Of a DNA stretch of 64,000 nucleotides, positions 1 to 12,030 are shown piece after piece (positions within the stretch are counted from its first letter, which is position 1; each line of letters starts with the position of its first letter). The position numbers were made by a program, and so were the translations under genes. Location: the NCBI RefSeq assembly GCF_964204645.1, contig NC_134025.1, positions 11,408,001 through 11,472,000 on the forward strand, read 5' to 3'. The notes beneath the pieces are model-generated. The model was not told the DNA's origin and did no database searches. It saw only the letters and a list, made by a program, of their open reading frames with translations. This stretch comes from Tubulanus polymorphus. Lineage: Eukaryota > Animalia > Nemertea.

Positions 1-477
1 CAGATTTTCAGTAGCCTACTGACCCACGCCCATATTTGAACAGAGTACATTTAACCGCCATAATGCCAAAGCAAATAAATCGTACGCTAACACATTTTAC
101 CAGATTGCGCAATATCAGCAAGCAACTCGATCGTACTCACCCGCCTTAGCTCTCGACCTGGCACCATCGCTAAATCCTACGACGCAAAGAACACATAAAA
201 GTGACCAGGAAAACTGGCAAATATCCGCCATTTTATATCTCGAAACTATATGCGCTATGCTCGTACATACTATACCGCGTATATGCGCAATGCGGCAAAC
301 CCTCCTTATTTTGGTACATATAATAGTCACCCTAATTATTTTTAATCAGCCTCTGACCCAGTGGTTGACACTGCCACGCAATTTAGATATCATATTATTA
401 CAAGGCGCATTTTACTGGAACTGTATCAAGCATCTATATCGCTGTGTCGGGCGAAATACTACGGAATTAGCATTAGA

Positions 478-690
478 TAATAAGATAAAAACCCATAATA
501 TACAGATTTGAAGATTCACACCTGACGATGATCTCTAGAGATAAAACCCGAGTCATGTCATTTTAATTCTTGATTGAAAAAAATCCTCGATTTTTAAACT
601 TCAAATCTGTATAGGCCTATAGTGGGTTGTTATCTTATTACCGGGGTATCTGTTCTCATATGTTAGAGTGGGATAATCCCGTTTTTTTCA
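478..690 (+). mobile_element. Third, divergent hammerhead-like fold-back element (copy C, decayed)
   Basis: Inverted arms taataagataaaaccc..atacagatttgaag (478-513) and cttcaaatctgtat..gggttgttatcttatta (599-640) enclose CTGACGA (522-528), the hairpin atctctagagat, AAAA (canonical GAAA mutated) and cccgaGTC (triplet 552-554). One-sided extension to ~690. Confidence 0.5.
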
Positions 691-994
691 TACGGAAAAC
701 CAATGATAGTTAATTGATATTGCCAGCTCAAAAGTTCAAATGTGGTAAAACATAAATTTCACCGACCAAAACGACACCTTAACACGCGATTTCTATAGAA
801 CTCCATGAATAATTGATTTTGTGAACTTCTGTTCAGTGGGAAAAACTGTAGACGACTAGTCAATGAATTCATTCGTCGACAGACACTAGAAGAATGCGTT
901 TGAAAAACTGAAAGTTTAAATTCATAAATTTTGTTGCAAAAAGGAAAGGAAACATTAACATATTCTAGCGTTCGGTTGGTAATGTTGGTTGGTA

Positions 995-1789
995 ATGCCG
1001 TGTGGTGTCAAAGGGAAAGCAGTTGTGAACAGTAAACGCGTAAGTATGCGTATCAGACGAGATATCACGCGTAAAAAGTCGTTTTTGGACTTATCTCAAA
1101 CAGCAGCCAGATACATTTATAAGTCTTCCGGACAACGATCACCCGCAGACTGCTCCACAGGTTGGCGAGAATATTTGTCAGGGGTTGGAGAGATTTCCTT
1201 TGATCATTCACCGTCTCCGCAGCTTCAAGTGAACCTATCGCGCGCTACAAAACCGCGCAAAGCATTTGATCCGTCCGTTGAATTAGTTTGGCTCAACGGA
1301 TTGTGTTCGGAACCCCCGGCCGAAATCGCCAGAAGGTTAGTGTGCGGTAGGGCGCCTTCGATCCGTCACAATCGTCTGTGGCAGGTACGAACGTCAGGCA
1401 TGACAGTCGGAGAACGAGCGCTGTTGGCAGCTCAACGAATGAATAAATTCTTTGGGCAAAATCATCATAAGAAATCAATCAAACAAACCGACACTTCAGT
1501 GATAATACCATCTACATATTCGTCGTTACAGCGCCCGTGTCAGGATATATTAAAACTACAGCATTCAGAAATTAAGGGTTTCGCTTTGTGTCCGCGCTGG
1601 TCCGTCAATCGATTTGTCCCAGGAAACATTACTGGCCTGAAAGCAGTCAAAGATTCGGATGAAAGAGAAAAGGAACATTTTCCGTCAGTTCATGCAATGA
1701 AGAAGAGAGACTGGCAACATAATTCTACTAAATTTGTAAAAGACACGATGCTCGTACGTTCAGTTATTAGAATGCCCACAATTGTGTAA
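995..1789 (+). CDS. Intronless 264-aa basic ORF of unknown function (possible lineage-specific gene)
   Basis: 795-nt open frame from ATG 995 (in-frame TAA at 980-982) to TAA 1789, GC-richer than its flanks, with AATAAA near 2246. No recognisable domain. Confidence 0.5.
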   Translation: MPCGVKGKAVVNSKRVSMRIRRDITRKKSFLDLSQTAARYIYKSSGQRSPADCSTGWREYLSGVGEISFDHSPSPQLQVNLSRATKPRKAFDPSVELVWLNGLCSEPPAEIARRLVCGRAPSIRHNRLWQVRTSGMTVGERALLAAQRMNKFFGQNHHKKSIKQTDTSVIIPSTYSSLQRPCQDILKLQHSEIKGFALCPRWSVNRFVPGNITGLKAVKDSDEREKEHFPSVHAMKKRDWQHNSTKFVKDTMLVRSVIRMPTIV

Positions 1790-2584
1790 CTTTTTGAATT
1801 GTAAATCCTGGTTTATTCGTGAATAATATTTAAACTACTCGTGGCATGTGGCGCGTAGTAATCCATAGATATCAAACACCTTATTTTGTTAACTAAACTA
1901 GGTGTTTGCATGTTGCAAGATGATTCAGCGCCAAGTGCGCTCAGCGAGACATTAACTTCAACTCGAAACACGAAATAAGTATAGCCTTTTTTGTTCGTGA
2001 CTGTCTGCCTCGCCCCGAAACACGAACGACGTTTACGTTAGGCCTTGTGTGCGCTAGGCATGAACATTATATGCTAGCGATTTTCAATTTTTGACGCCGT
2101 TTAAACTGTTACAATAATGTTTTCATACATTGATACCTAGTGCGTGTTATTTCCGGGGCTCTGTGTGAGTTGATGTACGCTACATCATCAATATTGGCGT
2201 TTCGAAATAACAATTACAATTGGAAATTTTGGCGTTGATTTTGTGAATAAACATATTTCATAACTTACATTCTTGTTTTGGATAAATTGTGATCATTATT
2301 TTTGAGAGGATGTGCACTACTTCATCAATCGACGCTAGACTGGTTGCCGGTCAATTCAATTTGATTATCGATATTCAAATCCAAGTGAATTATTGATCCT
2401 TATAAAATCTATATCATATCATTTATTATCAATACGTCGATAAACTGTCAAGTTAGTTTTCTCGTTGAATTATATGCTGAAAAACAGACACGTCTTCGTT
2501 AATATAGATTTTATCCATCTCTCTGTCAAGCATAGATTAACTGACCAATATATACAAATATAGCGTGCAGACTGCGCCAACTAC

Positions 2585-3128
2585 CCTAAAGCTGCCACAT
2601 ACTGCTGCATTAAAACTAACTTTGAACCGGAATGGTATCTATTAAATTTACAGGCTAACCATAGAATTACTTTATGTCGCTTTCGTTGCAGCAACCATAG
2701 TTTACCACCGATTTAGATAGGGCGCCGCCATCGTATTGCTCGAGAAGATAGACTATGTATGAAGTGTAACACCCAAACCCTGGGGGATGAAAGGCACGCA
2801 ACTTTAGAATGCCCTGTATATGCGAATGAAAGAGCGCGCCTTTTCTCGCGTCACTATTGGGGGGTACCAACAATAGAAAACCTCGGGGAACTACTCAATA
2901 CGCACAAACTGGCGGTAAAACTAAGTAACTTTGTAAATTAGTTGGGGGTGCGTAAACGAGGTCTCCGCATAATATTTACCCAGCGTACATGTATATGTGT
3001 CTCTTTATGAATACTTATCAACGATTTGCTTCGCTGTACAATGCCATCTACTGTTAAAATTCAATGTATGAACGTTCTGCGCAAAACATGTTTTTGTGGA
3101 ACAATAAAAATTAAATGAAAATGAAATG
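2585..3128 (+). mobile_element. 5'-truncated non-LTR retrotransposon remnant (ORF2 C-terminal Cys/His region plus 3' UTR)
   Basis: Translates RITLCRFRCSNHSLPPI*IGRR..REDRLCMKC..GDERHATLECPVY, with an in-frame TAG at 2714. Ends in AATAAA and a short (tgaaa)n tail. The motif is typical of LINE ORF2 C-termini (RTEX/Proto2/CR1-group like; clade uncertain). Confidence 0.75.
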
Positions 3129-3808
3129 TTCGTTTGTCCCCGCATTCGTTGGCAGCTTTTTGCTCATTTGCAGCCCTCGTCATAGCAACTTTCGAAAACC
3201 ATGCACTTTGTACTTACCAGCAATAGAAAATACAACTTATGTGCTTCAAAGTTGTCACGTAACAGCCATCACAAGATCAACTAGATAAAAGGCCACCGGA
3301 TGCACTAGTTGTGAATGACTATATTACTATGAAAATGGTTCTTTTATTTCATCATTCAACAAGTTTCTACACCGCGTACTGGAACGAGGATGCTTCTGAG
3401 AGTCAGAATTCTTCAACTTTCAAATACATTTTCCCAATACAAGTAAAACTTCCCCCGTGAACGGCTGAAGGAAGACCAGGAAGATGTCATCCAAGTGATT
3501 AGCTAGTCCAGTAAACAATCCAACATTCAGCTTAGGAGCTTGAAAATTTACCATATGAAACGAAGATTAAGTTGTAAAGTTCTGAGGAAATACAATTCGC
3601 GGGCAAAATAAACACAATTTCCTTGTGTTTCCACAGTTTTATCGAATTCCCAGTTTTCCTGTTTTCCAGCAGAATCGTGGTTACCCTGTTAAGAGGCGAA
3701 TTGGATTTTCAAAAGTAGACCCCTTACCTAAATGACCATATAAACGTATATGTAGGGACGTGCTCGTCAATGTTACCGAATCCACACTATCGTCAAATAA
3801 TGTCTATA

Positions 3809-4032
3809 CCGAGAGAAATCCCACAATAACGAAGCCAAGATTGAAAATTCTATATCAGAATGATTATATTTGAGGAGCGTACTCCAGTACGCCTGATGAT
3901 GGCTAACAGTTGTTAGCCGAAACGTCGCTCCTCAAATATAATCATTCTGATATAGAATTTTTCAATCTTGGCTTCGTTATTGTGGGATTTCTCCCGTTAT
4001 CATCATACACGGATATTGTATATTTTCTCGTC
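3809..4032 (+). mobile_element. Miniature Penelope-like fold-back retroelement carrying a hammerhead ribozyme (copy A)
   Basis: ~70-bp near-perfect inverted arms (3810-3879 / 3926-3996) around a hammerhead core, a ~36-nt one-sided tail (3997-4032, ending ttctcgtc), and an 11-bp direct repeat taatgtctata at 3798-3808 and 4033-4043. Confidence 0.75.
3873..3934 (+). ncRNA. Minimal type I hammerhead ribozyme motif
   Basis: CTGATGA (3893-3899), extra T, stem II GGCTAAC-agtt-GTTAGCC (3901-3918), GAAA (3919-3922), palindromic ACGT in place of helix III, GTC cleavage triplet (3924-3926). Helix I is formed by the element arms. Confidence 0.75.
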
Positions 4033-4269
4033 TAATGTCTATATACCATTGTCACATGTAGTTCCTGCACTGAAAATCGAGCACGCTCCCAGGGCAGATC
4101 GTTCATAGATGCAAACTTAGGCTAGTGCCTGTAATGATCACGATGAGCGACCATTAAACCTTCCATGGCTCCATATGAAGGGCTCCACATTGATCCATGA
4201 TCCGCCAACTCACTGGATGAATACTGGATTCCGAACGACAGCAGCAACGCGATTATGAAAGTGGTGATA

Positions 4270-4275
4270 TTTATT
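4270..4275 (-). terminator. Candidate distal polyadenylation signal of the TRERF1-like gene
   Basis: AATAAA on the minus strand at the end of a long U-rich/TGTA-rich tract. Confidence 0.35.
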
Positions 4276-5222
4276 TAAAAATAGCAATGCATGAAAAATA
4301 CATCATTTTCACAATATATTGATACAGATATCTCCAAGTAAAATTTCACAGTTCGATAATAAAATTCAACTCACTCTTTTCTTCGAGTTTACGTTTACGG
4401 CAAAGCATCTGCCGGCATTATTTCATTATGAAAGAGTCATAAAATTCAATTCTATATGCTTAATAACAATTTTTTCTTTTGACTAGTTCTTACTTAATTT
4501 AACCTATAGTTCTCTTTATCATTTCTAATATAGTTACATTCAAAAACTACGCGTCGTATTCAGTAAACCAAAACGGTATAGATAGCAATTTTTCAAATAG
4601 ACTTAAAGAGTTATTCTTGGAATGGAAACAACAATATAGATAACAACGATGTTACAAAAAGACAGCCACCATCTCTATCTCTCTCTCTCGCTCTTTTTTC
4701 ACTCTCTGGATCGCAGTGTAAAAACTCGCATGCCAGGGAAGGTATCGGTTCAATCAAACCACTTTACCCCCGATTTATATATAAATCTAGCGGCAAAAAA
4801 ATAAACGAACTTCATTTCAATGCTATCTATATATTTATCCACGCGCAGAGAAAGAGAAAATATGGCATTTTCTAAGTAAAAAACCGATCAACACTATTGC
4901 TTATTTCGCATGGCTTATTACTTCGATTAATCGATCATCAAAACATCTAGTTGCTTTTTTATCCGAGGGCGCATCGACACGGTGAGAATGTCACCACACA
5001 CGTACGCCACCTATTAGACAACTTGCTCGTGACGCCATGAAACAACCGTCTTGCTTGTAAAAATATCTCGAGGATGACTTTGATGATCAAAAAGGGGTTC
5101 ACAAGATTCTAAGGTTCTAATTCTAAGGTTTGCATAATATCACCGTTTAGAAGTGTGTTATGTGAATGTAACTTAAATTGATTTTCTGAAACAGGGCCTC
5201 TTTTAAACTATGTTGGAACTCG

Positions 5223-5452
5223 GGCTAAAATAAAAATCGATACCTTGTTTCTCCTTTCTGCTGAGCATAAAAGGTTGACCCGGCCGGCCGGCCGCCTATC
5301 TACCCTGTACATTACTTTTTTATATCATGATCAGGCTAACAATAACAGACACGGCAGCTATAGAATCAAAATGAACTGATTACAAATTTTATTGCAGATT
5401 ACTAAAGTGACCCGGCCGATCAGGAGAAACAAGGTATCCTTTTTCTTTAGCC
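5223..5452. mobile_element. PIF/Harbinger-like MITE family (GGCTAA...TTAGCC, internal CCGGCCG motifs)
   Basis: TIR GGCTAA..GATACCTTGTTTCTCC / GGAGAAACAAGGTATC..TTAGCC. Other copies at ~33268-33486 (flanked by TTA) and ~40006-40224. Confidence 0.7.
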
Positions 5453-8088
5453 TCTGAACACTAAAAATCGAGCGCTGATCGAGATTTTGTGACATCGCGC
5501 GTGAGCCCATAACACGCTGTTATGTCAGGCCTGCTCCCTAGGAATATTACTCCGATTCAAATAAATTATCAGATGAGCATTAACGCATTTCCTCTCAGGA
5601 GGGAAACGAAAAGAAATCACCCCACCATTAAAAAACCTATAATCTATATTCAAGACGGTTAAGATCACGATACCATGATATTGATAATAGGGATACTATA
5701 AATATCCATCCATACACACTGGAAACTACAATACGAATATATTCAATTCAAAAATTCCAAGCGCGTACTTCCAACAACAGAGCTAGCACATATATACAAT
5801 AAAATATATATATAGTCAATATTCCCAAGGTGGTATTTCATTTGTATCAATTATACATATACATATCATACAGAGATAGAGTATAAATGTAGGAAAACGA
5901 TGTTTATAACGATATCTAAACTAAAATCTTCAAAGCGTACCGGTATACGACACTACCAATCAGCTGACTGACGTGGGGGGCTATACACCGTTAGGAAGAC
6001 ATCGCACCTTTTCAAATATACCAACATTTCCTAAACATTCGAAATGCTTTGCTGGGATGAAGGTCACTTAAACGTTGTATGGTGGCGGGTTCCATTACAA
6101 ATTCGACATGTTCTTTCCTAACTTCCACAGAAAAAATTTCACTTCATGATCTACGTAAAGTGTTCTATGGTAAAAATTCTATGACCGAAATCTATCTTTA
6201 CAGGTCTCTACGATTTCTATAAGTTGAAGGTAAAACCCTACGATCGTATGGACGATGCAAAAAATGAAATCGCCAATTGAGGGCAAATTTTTCCTATGAA
6301 CAAACGGAGCTTAGTTCGCACTTTTGCTTGGTCGTTCACAACTAGCACTGGTGGTTTGAAATTGCATCCATTTATTTTTCAAGCGGCTAGCTACATCTCC
6401 ACACAGGCTAGGGTAATAAACACGCATAAGAGGCCACAAAAATTGTAACTGCCAAACCGTATTTTCAAGGTGTGATTTAGTCTACGATAAACGCCACTTC
6501 CTAGCGATAAAAGCTACGATAAGGTAACGATATATATACTATTACATGTACGATTGGTTTTATCATATCAGCTGCGTTGTCACACCACCGCTAAATGAGA
6601 AAAAACAGATATTGAAAAAACAAGCCTATAATACCAGCCCGAGCTGCCTATCAATGTGAGAGAAACGTTGCACCTCTTCATAATTTAATGCATATAATAT
6701 GTACAAGAAGTACCAAGCTGAAAGCTATTACGAAATATTGCCGTTCGATAATCAATAGTTGTAACATCACACGTAAAAAGCTAATGATAAGTTCTGGATA
6801 TGACGTAGTTATTTTGGGGGGGCGACGTACTGTACATCGAAAAACGAAACATCTATATACCAAACCGAGCGATAAATGAATGAAGTACTAGCAGTAGCCT
6901 ACACTAACCGTCCCGAAAAAAACCTAAATTGTCTACCAGCTGGCTAGATCTAACATAATCATCAAGGCATCGAGGTTTATATCAAAATATTCTACGTTAA
7001 CACACGTCCCAATCATCCAAAACGTCAAATTTTTCGCGGGTATTAGGAAATCTCTACTTCGTGGTGGGCATATGCAAAATACTATTTCGTTACAATTTGC
7101 CACGATGCGGCAACTATGGTGTTTAAGAACCTGATTCAAAAGAATACTTGCGTTTCATTATTTTTTAAGAAAAAACATTAGGGGTCGTTAATTCGGTAGC
7201 AAATTTGGCTCATTTCAACCCCATTTCCACGTGCATAATTCTAAGCATTATCGACAAATGGGGACAAGTGACCTAATTTTCCAAAATGGATAGCCCCATA
7301 GAAAAACCATTAGAACACAACAATTTGAGCTTTCGGGATATTAGATGATTTGCATAATTGGTTTGTGCTTATCAAACTAACAAGACCAGATCTTTAAAAA
7401 AAAACCTCTCGAAACGCACGCTTTTTAACGATCGCAATGTCGACCACACAATGCCTACAAATTCTTAAAAATCCAAAATATCTTTCTAAAATCTAATCCG
7501 ACACAATAAAAGACATCTTCCTGAATAATAACACGCGCAATGACACTGACAAAATGAAAGAATTGAAAATGCGAAAATCGCGATGGATGGACTTCGAATT
7601 CAGGTTAAGTAACACCTTCTAGCCAGCTGGGCCTTTGGCACACATGAGGTAAAAGCAAAACTTGTCTTTCGAATAGTAAACCTCCACGGTTTTTATCCTG
7701 TACAATAAAATGCACTATATACATTATGGTAAAATGCAAATATATACACAAATATAGCATATCTACTATCACAGCACTAAACATTTACAATATAAGAGTT
7801 TTCCCACGTTTCATATATTCGGAAAGTTCCTTATACCGACACCGCAAGTTTTTTTTTTTTTGCCGAAAATATAATGAATATCGAGGATCGCTTTATCGAT
7901 AATAGTGACAACCTTCGTGATGTCGTAATCTGGAAAATTCAGATTCTTTGCGACGCATTCACGATTATGTATTGAACCAGAAATGCTAACCAGAAACAAA
8001 ATTAACATTCATAGCCGAGATGCCAAACCAAGTCCGCCCTGAGCCACCTATAATATTATGTGAACTTGAAACAATCTCACAAAAATTA

Positions 8089-8263
8089 CAGTGGAACCTC
8101 GTTACAGCGAACTTAATGGGTCCAGAAAATATGTTCGTTATAATCGATAGTTCGTTATAGCCAGTAGCGAAATTAACTAAATTTTCTTATTCGCGATGAA
8201 ATTCTATATTCATTATATCCGATGAATCGTTGCATTCAAGTTCGTTATAACGAGGTTCCACTG
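8089..8263. mobile_element. Tc1/mariner (pogo/Tigger-like) MITE
   Basis: TIR CAGTGGAACCTCGTTA...TAACGAGGTTCCACTG flanked by TA on both sides. Confidence 0.85.
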
Positions 8264-11200
8264 TAGAATGCAATGTATCCCAGTAATCTTGCTAGCATGA
8301 AAATTAAATTAAGCACATTCTGCTTTAAATGGAGCTAATTTGTCGTATCACCCGGTTGTTGTATATATGCTTAAGAGTATAATTTAGTTTCCCGAGCCAC
8401 AAACTATGGGATCTCCTTTTCCTATGTACGAAAAAGACTCAAAAAACTAAAAGTGCCATTTGCTAAAATAAATCTGACTTGTATATGTTGCCCTTTAAAA
8501 ATGATTGCATATGCACGAAATGAGCAAAATGAAGCTTTTTTTTTATTTCTTCATTCGATACTTGCATAATTACACCATGGTAAATCGGCAGCCCTGCAAA
8601 ATAGGTACAACTGTTCGTAGTATTCCGTACTTCCAGTGGCAGTTATATGTTGCTTGGCAAAGTAATCTAGCGATATAGCCAGTACCATAGTTTATTTCCA
8701 ACCATTTTACTCAAAACTCCAAACTCACATTAAGCTGGGGTCAATAACCAACGGTATAGCCGTGCATCCTAGGAACCACACAGATAGTTTGTAATAGAAA
8801 GCGCTTCGACTTTCTTAACAACGGTAGGCTCATAGAAAAAGCCCGCATCAAATAGGATCTAATCGTATTCAAAGTATTACTGACATATAAAGCAGTCGGA
8901 CGACCATAACTCAAGAAAGGAGATCCCTCAATTTGAAAATGAACTACAAAAGATTGCTACAAATACCTAAATCCCAAACCGAATTGCAATATTCAAAAAC
9001 TGTTCCATCAATGTGGAGCGCTACCACTGTACGCAATGAAATCAAGAGACAATAACAGAAAACGTTCATTCATATATGTCTGAGCTTTACTCAAGTTTTG
9101 TATCACTTCGGCGGAGTCCCATCACAAGTCATGGATTGCAGTATATTGTCAGGCCCGCGGCAATCCCAAAATCAACAAAAATCGCCCAATCGAAAGCTTA
9201 AGGGCCTAGGTGGTACTGATATACAACTCCACATAAATGGATAGGAGAGTAAGAAACTATGAAACGTGACAGCATATCCATAGTTATGATGAACCCTATT
9301 TTATGAATTCTCCCTACAGTGCCTGGAATTTCAGTTTCTAATGCCACCCTGAACCGGGTACCTTAGGATATCTATTTCGAGTAGTTTTCATTATAAATGG
9401 AGTAATTCGACAACAAAAATAGAAACCTAATTTAAAATCAACAAGAAATTCAGCGTATTATTGATATCCTTTTAGAATTATTGAGGTCTTAAAAGAGGAG
9501 AAACTACGCAGTACTCTCTAATAGTACTATCTTGGAGAATGCAATGGAAATGAAGTTGATGTTTAAACTAGAGGTCTACGGACGCCATGCCCAACTAGGT
9601 GAAATGCTCGACTATCTGACAATCTCAATATTTAAACGCCCCTCTTTGGTACACAAATACAGAAACCAATGATCTTGACACAACAATCATAGAATATGTC
9701 ATGAGCTACAATTTTTTGATTCATTGGGATCATAAAATATGCATTAATACCAATCTATATCAATAGAAAAAATTCTATACAACTTAAAAGTTATCTCCCC
9801 ATAGTGGGGAGAACAAAAAAACTGGGTAACCCCAATTCCATTTAAGTACATATATCTTCAAAATTTCCCTCGAAACTTGAAAAATGTGAAAAATTGCTGA
9901 TTTTAGCGACTCCATGACTTACCAAAATAACTGGATTCCATCTACGAACAGACGGTCCGACAACGGAAAAGTGAATGCCACAGCCAACTTAAAATTGGTA
10001 ACCGATGAAATGCTCACCAAAATGAACGTAAAGTTTGAATCCAACGGTTTATTTCTAGGCTACATCAAGATTCAATTTTCTACTTAACGGCGCAGAGGGA
10101 AGATAAGAACGTCTAAAATTCAGAATTTTTCTTAAAACAGAAAAGTAAAGAGATCCGTAAAACATAGAAATAGAACTATCTGGCCTCAGACTATTCGAAA
10201 AAAGTAAACACGCATTGCTCGGAAGTATTTGTGTAATAAGTGAGTAAGAAGCGGCCTATATATTCCCCGCCACTATCAAAAAGGTTGTTGCAAAAATCGA
10301 TAAAACTGCGTCCATTAACCAAATAACACCATTTAGCTTGCATGCTGACAAGATAACAGCGGCAAAACCATCAATAATAACACTGTACATAATTGCCGAA
10401 GCAATCGCGACCGACCGTATTCCCTCACCGGAGAAAAAAACGGTCGTCGTTCAGGATTTGTACATATAATTCATACATTCACGTTTTGGTATACATGTAC
10501 GTAAACGGGTTTCGAGGAAAAACAAGACGAAGAATCCAAGCGCGAAATGACCACTTGTCCCGCTATGAAACCTAATTCGAGATTTCGCTAGATCTTCGGA
10601 CAATCAAGCTGCATAGTTCGTTGAGATTGGAAAAAATCATAAGTCATGAAATTATGTATTGAGTCTAGAGTTAAAGGTAACCGCTGAAGAATATTCCAGG
10701 CCAAATTCTACGCGGCATATTGAAGTCTGCAATGATTCTCTGAGACTGAGCTTCTTACCATAACTGGTATATATGAAATTTATTTATACATGCGCTCAGG
10801 GCTGCCATCCTCTAAAATGTGTTATCGGTAACAAATCGAACTTTTTCAGTAACATTTTGTTGAAATATGTTCAAGAAAATGTTCAAATTAATCAGTAATC
10901 AACAATACGACCCTTCGTAACATTTTTCATACTTCTGTATGCATCAAACAAATCGAATTGGCAGCTCTGCGTGCAGTATCAATGGATACAATAAAAATCC
11001 AAAAGCAGATACAATGTGGTCCATGAGTATTTAGTATGGAACTTTTTCTAATGAAAGTTAATCAAAAATCATAACACAGCAACTTGATGTCATTTCGGGG
11101 ATTTGTGAAAACGTAGCCACATTCTCTGGAATCATCTTTATGTCCAAAGAAATGAAAAAATTGATAAAACAGATTCTAAGAAAATAATCCAATTTTTAAC

Positions 11201-11398
11201 GAAACAACCCTTTACACAGAAGTATACCAACGAATAACAACATTATTAGTTTCATTTTCTACCCATTCATGTTGTGGGTATCGAAAGTTAAAATGCAAAA
11301 TATAGACTTTAAACCATAATATATATACATATATATATATATAATTCTTACATATACAAAACAAACACATTTTTTCCATAGATCAATTTGCGTCACAC

Positions 11399-11399
<1 letters not shown>

Positions 11400-11435
<36 letters not shown>

Positions 11436-11437
11436 TA
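11400..11437. repeat. (AT)n microsatellite
   Basis: Dinucleotide run. Confidence 0.9.
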
Positions 11438-11646
11438 CGTGTTGGCATCTCTGAAAACACAATTTTTGTGATACACACAATACCGGTAATATTCGAAGGC
11501 CACCGTGCACTAGAGCTATCAGCAAAGGTAAATTTCCTACCAAGGTGTTTCCCATTTCAGAGCAACAACCCAAGCAATTAGATTTTAAGTAGAATTTCAC
11601 TTCAAATAGTATTAGACGGTCACTTCTCTATGCAAACCAAAATGAG

Positions 11647-12030
11647 CAATGGGGTACCCGCAGCGTTACTGTGGCAATCGAGGATTCCAAGTATGGCAGG
11701 CGAGGATCGCCAGGTTCTCTAGTAGATAGTTGGTCGTCCGTGTTCGATTTCTCCTACATTTCAATTAAATCTGAATGAACTTTTCTTTAAATGAATCAAT
11801 TACTAATGAAATCTATACCGACATCCGAGTAGAAGAATGAAAGCATTGCATATTTGATGGGTGCTGTGATAATACATGCATTCGGGAGTCTGAAAATCCA
11901 GTTCAAAGTTCATTGAAAATGAACTAATTTTGACAACGGACAACCTACTAATTTTCAAACCATCTGCTGGGATAGCTGGTTTTGCGGGTTCCCTATCAAC
12001 TTAACCAAAAGCTCACATTTCTAAGGCATT
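11647..12030 (+). repeat. Dispersed repeat family (caatggggtacc..tactgtggcaa..aggattcc)
   Basis: Homologous blocks at ~45481-45850 (same strand) and ~50200-50245 (reverse). Confidence 0.55.
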
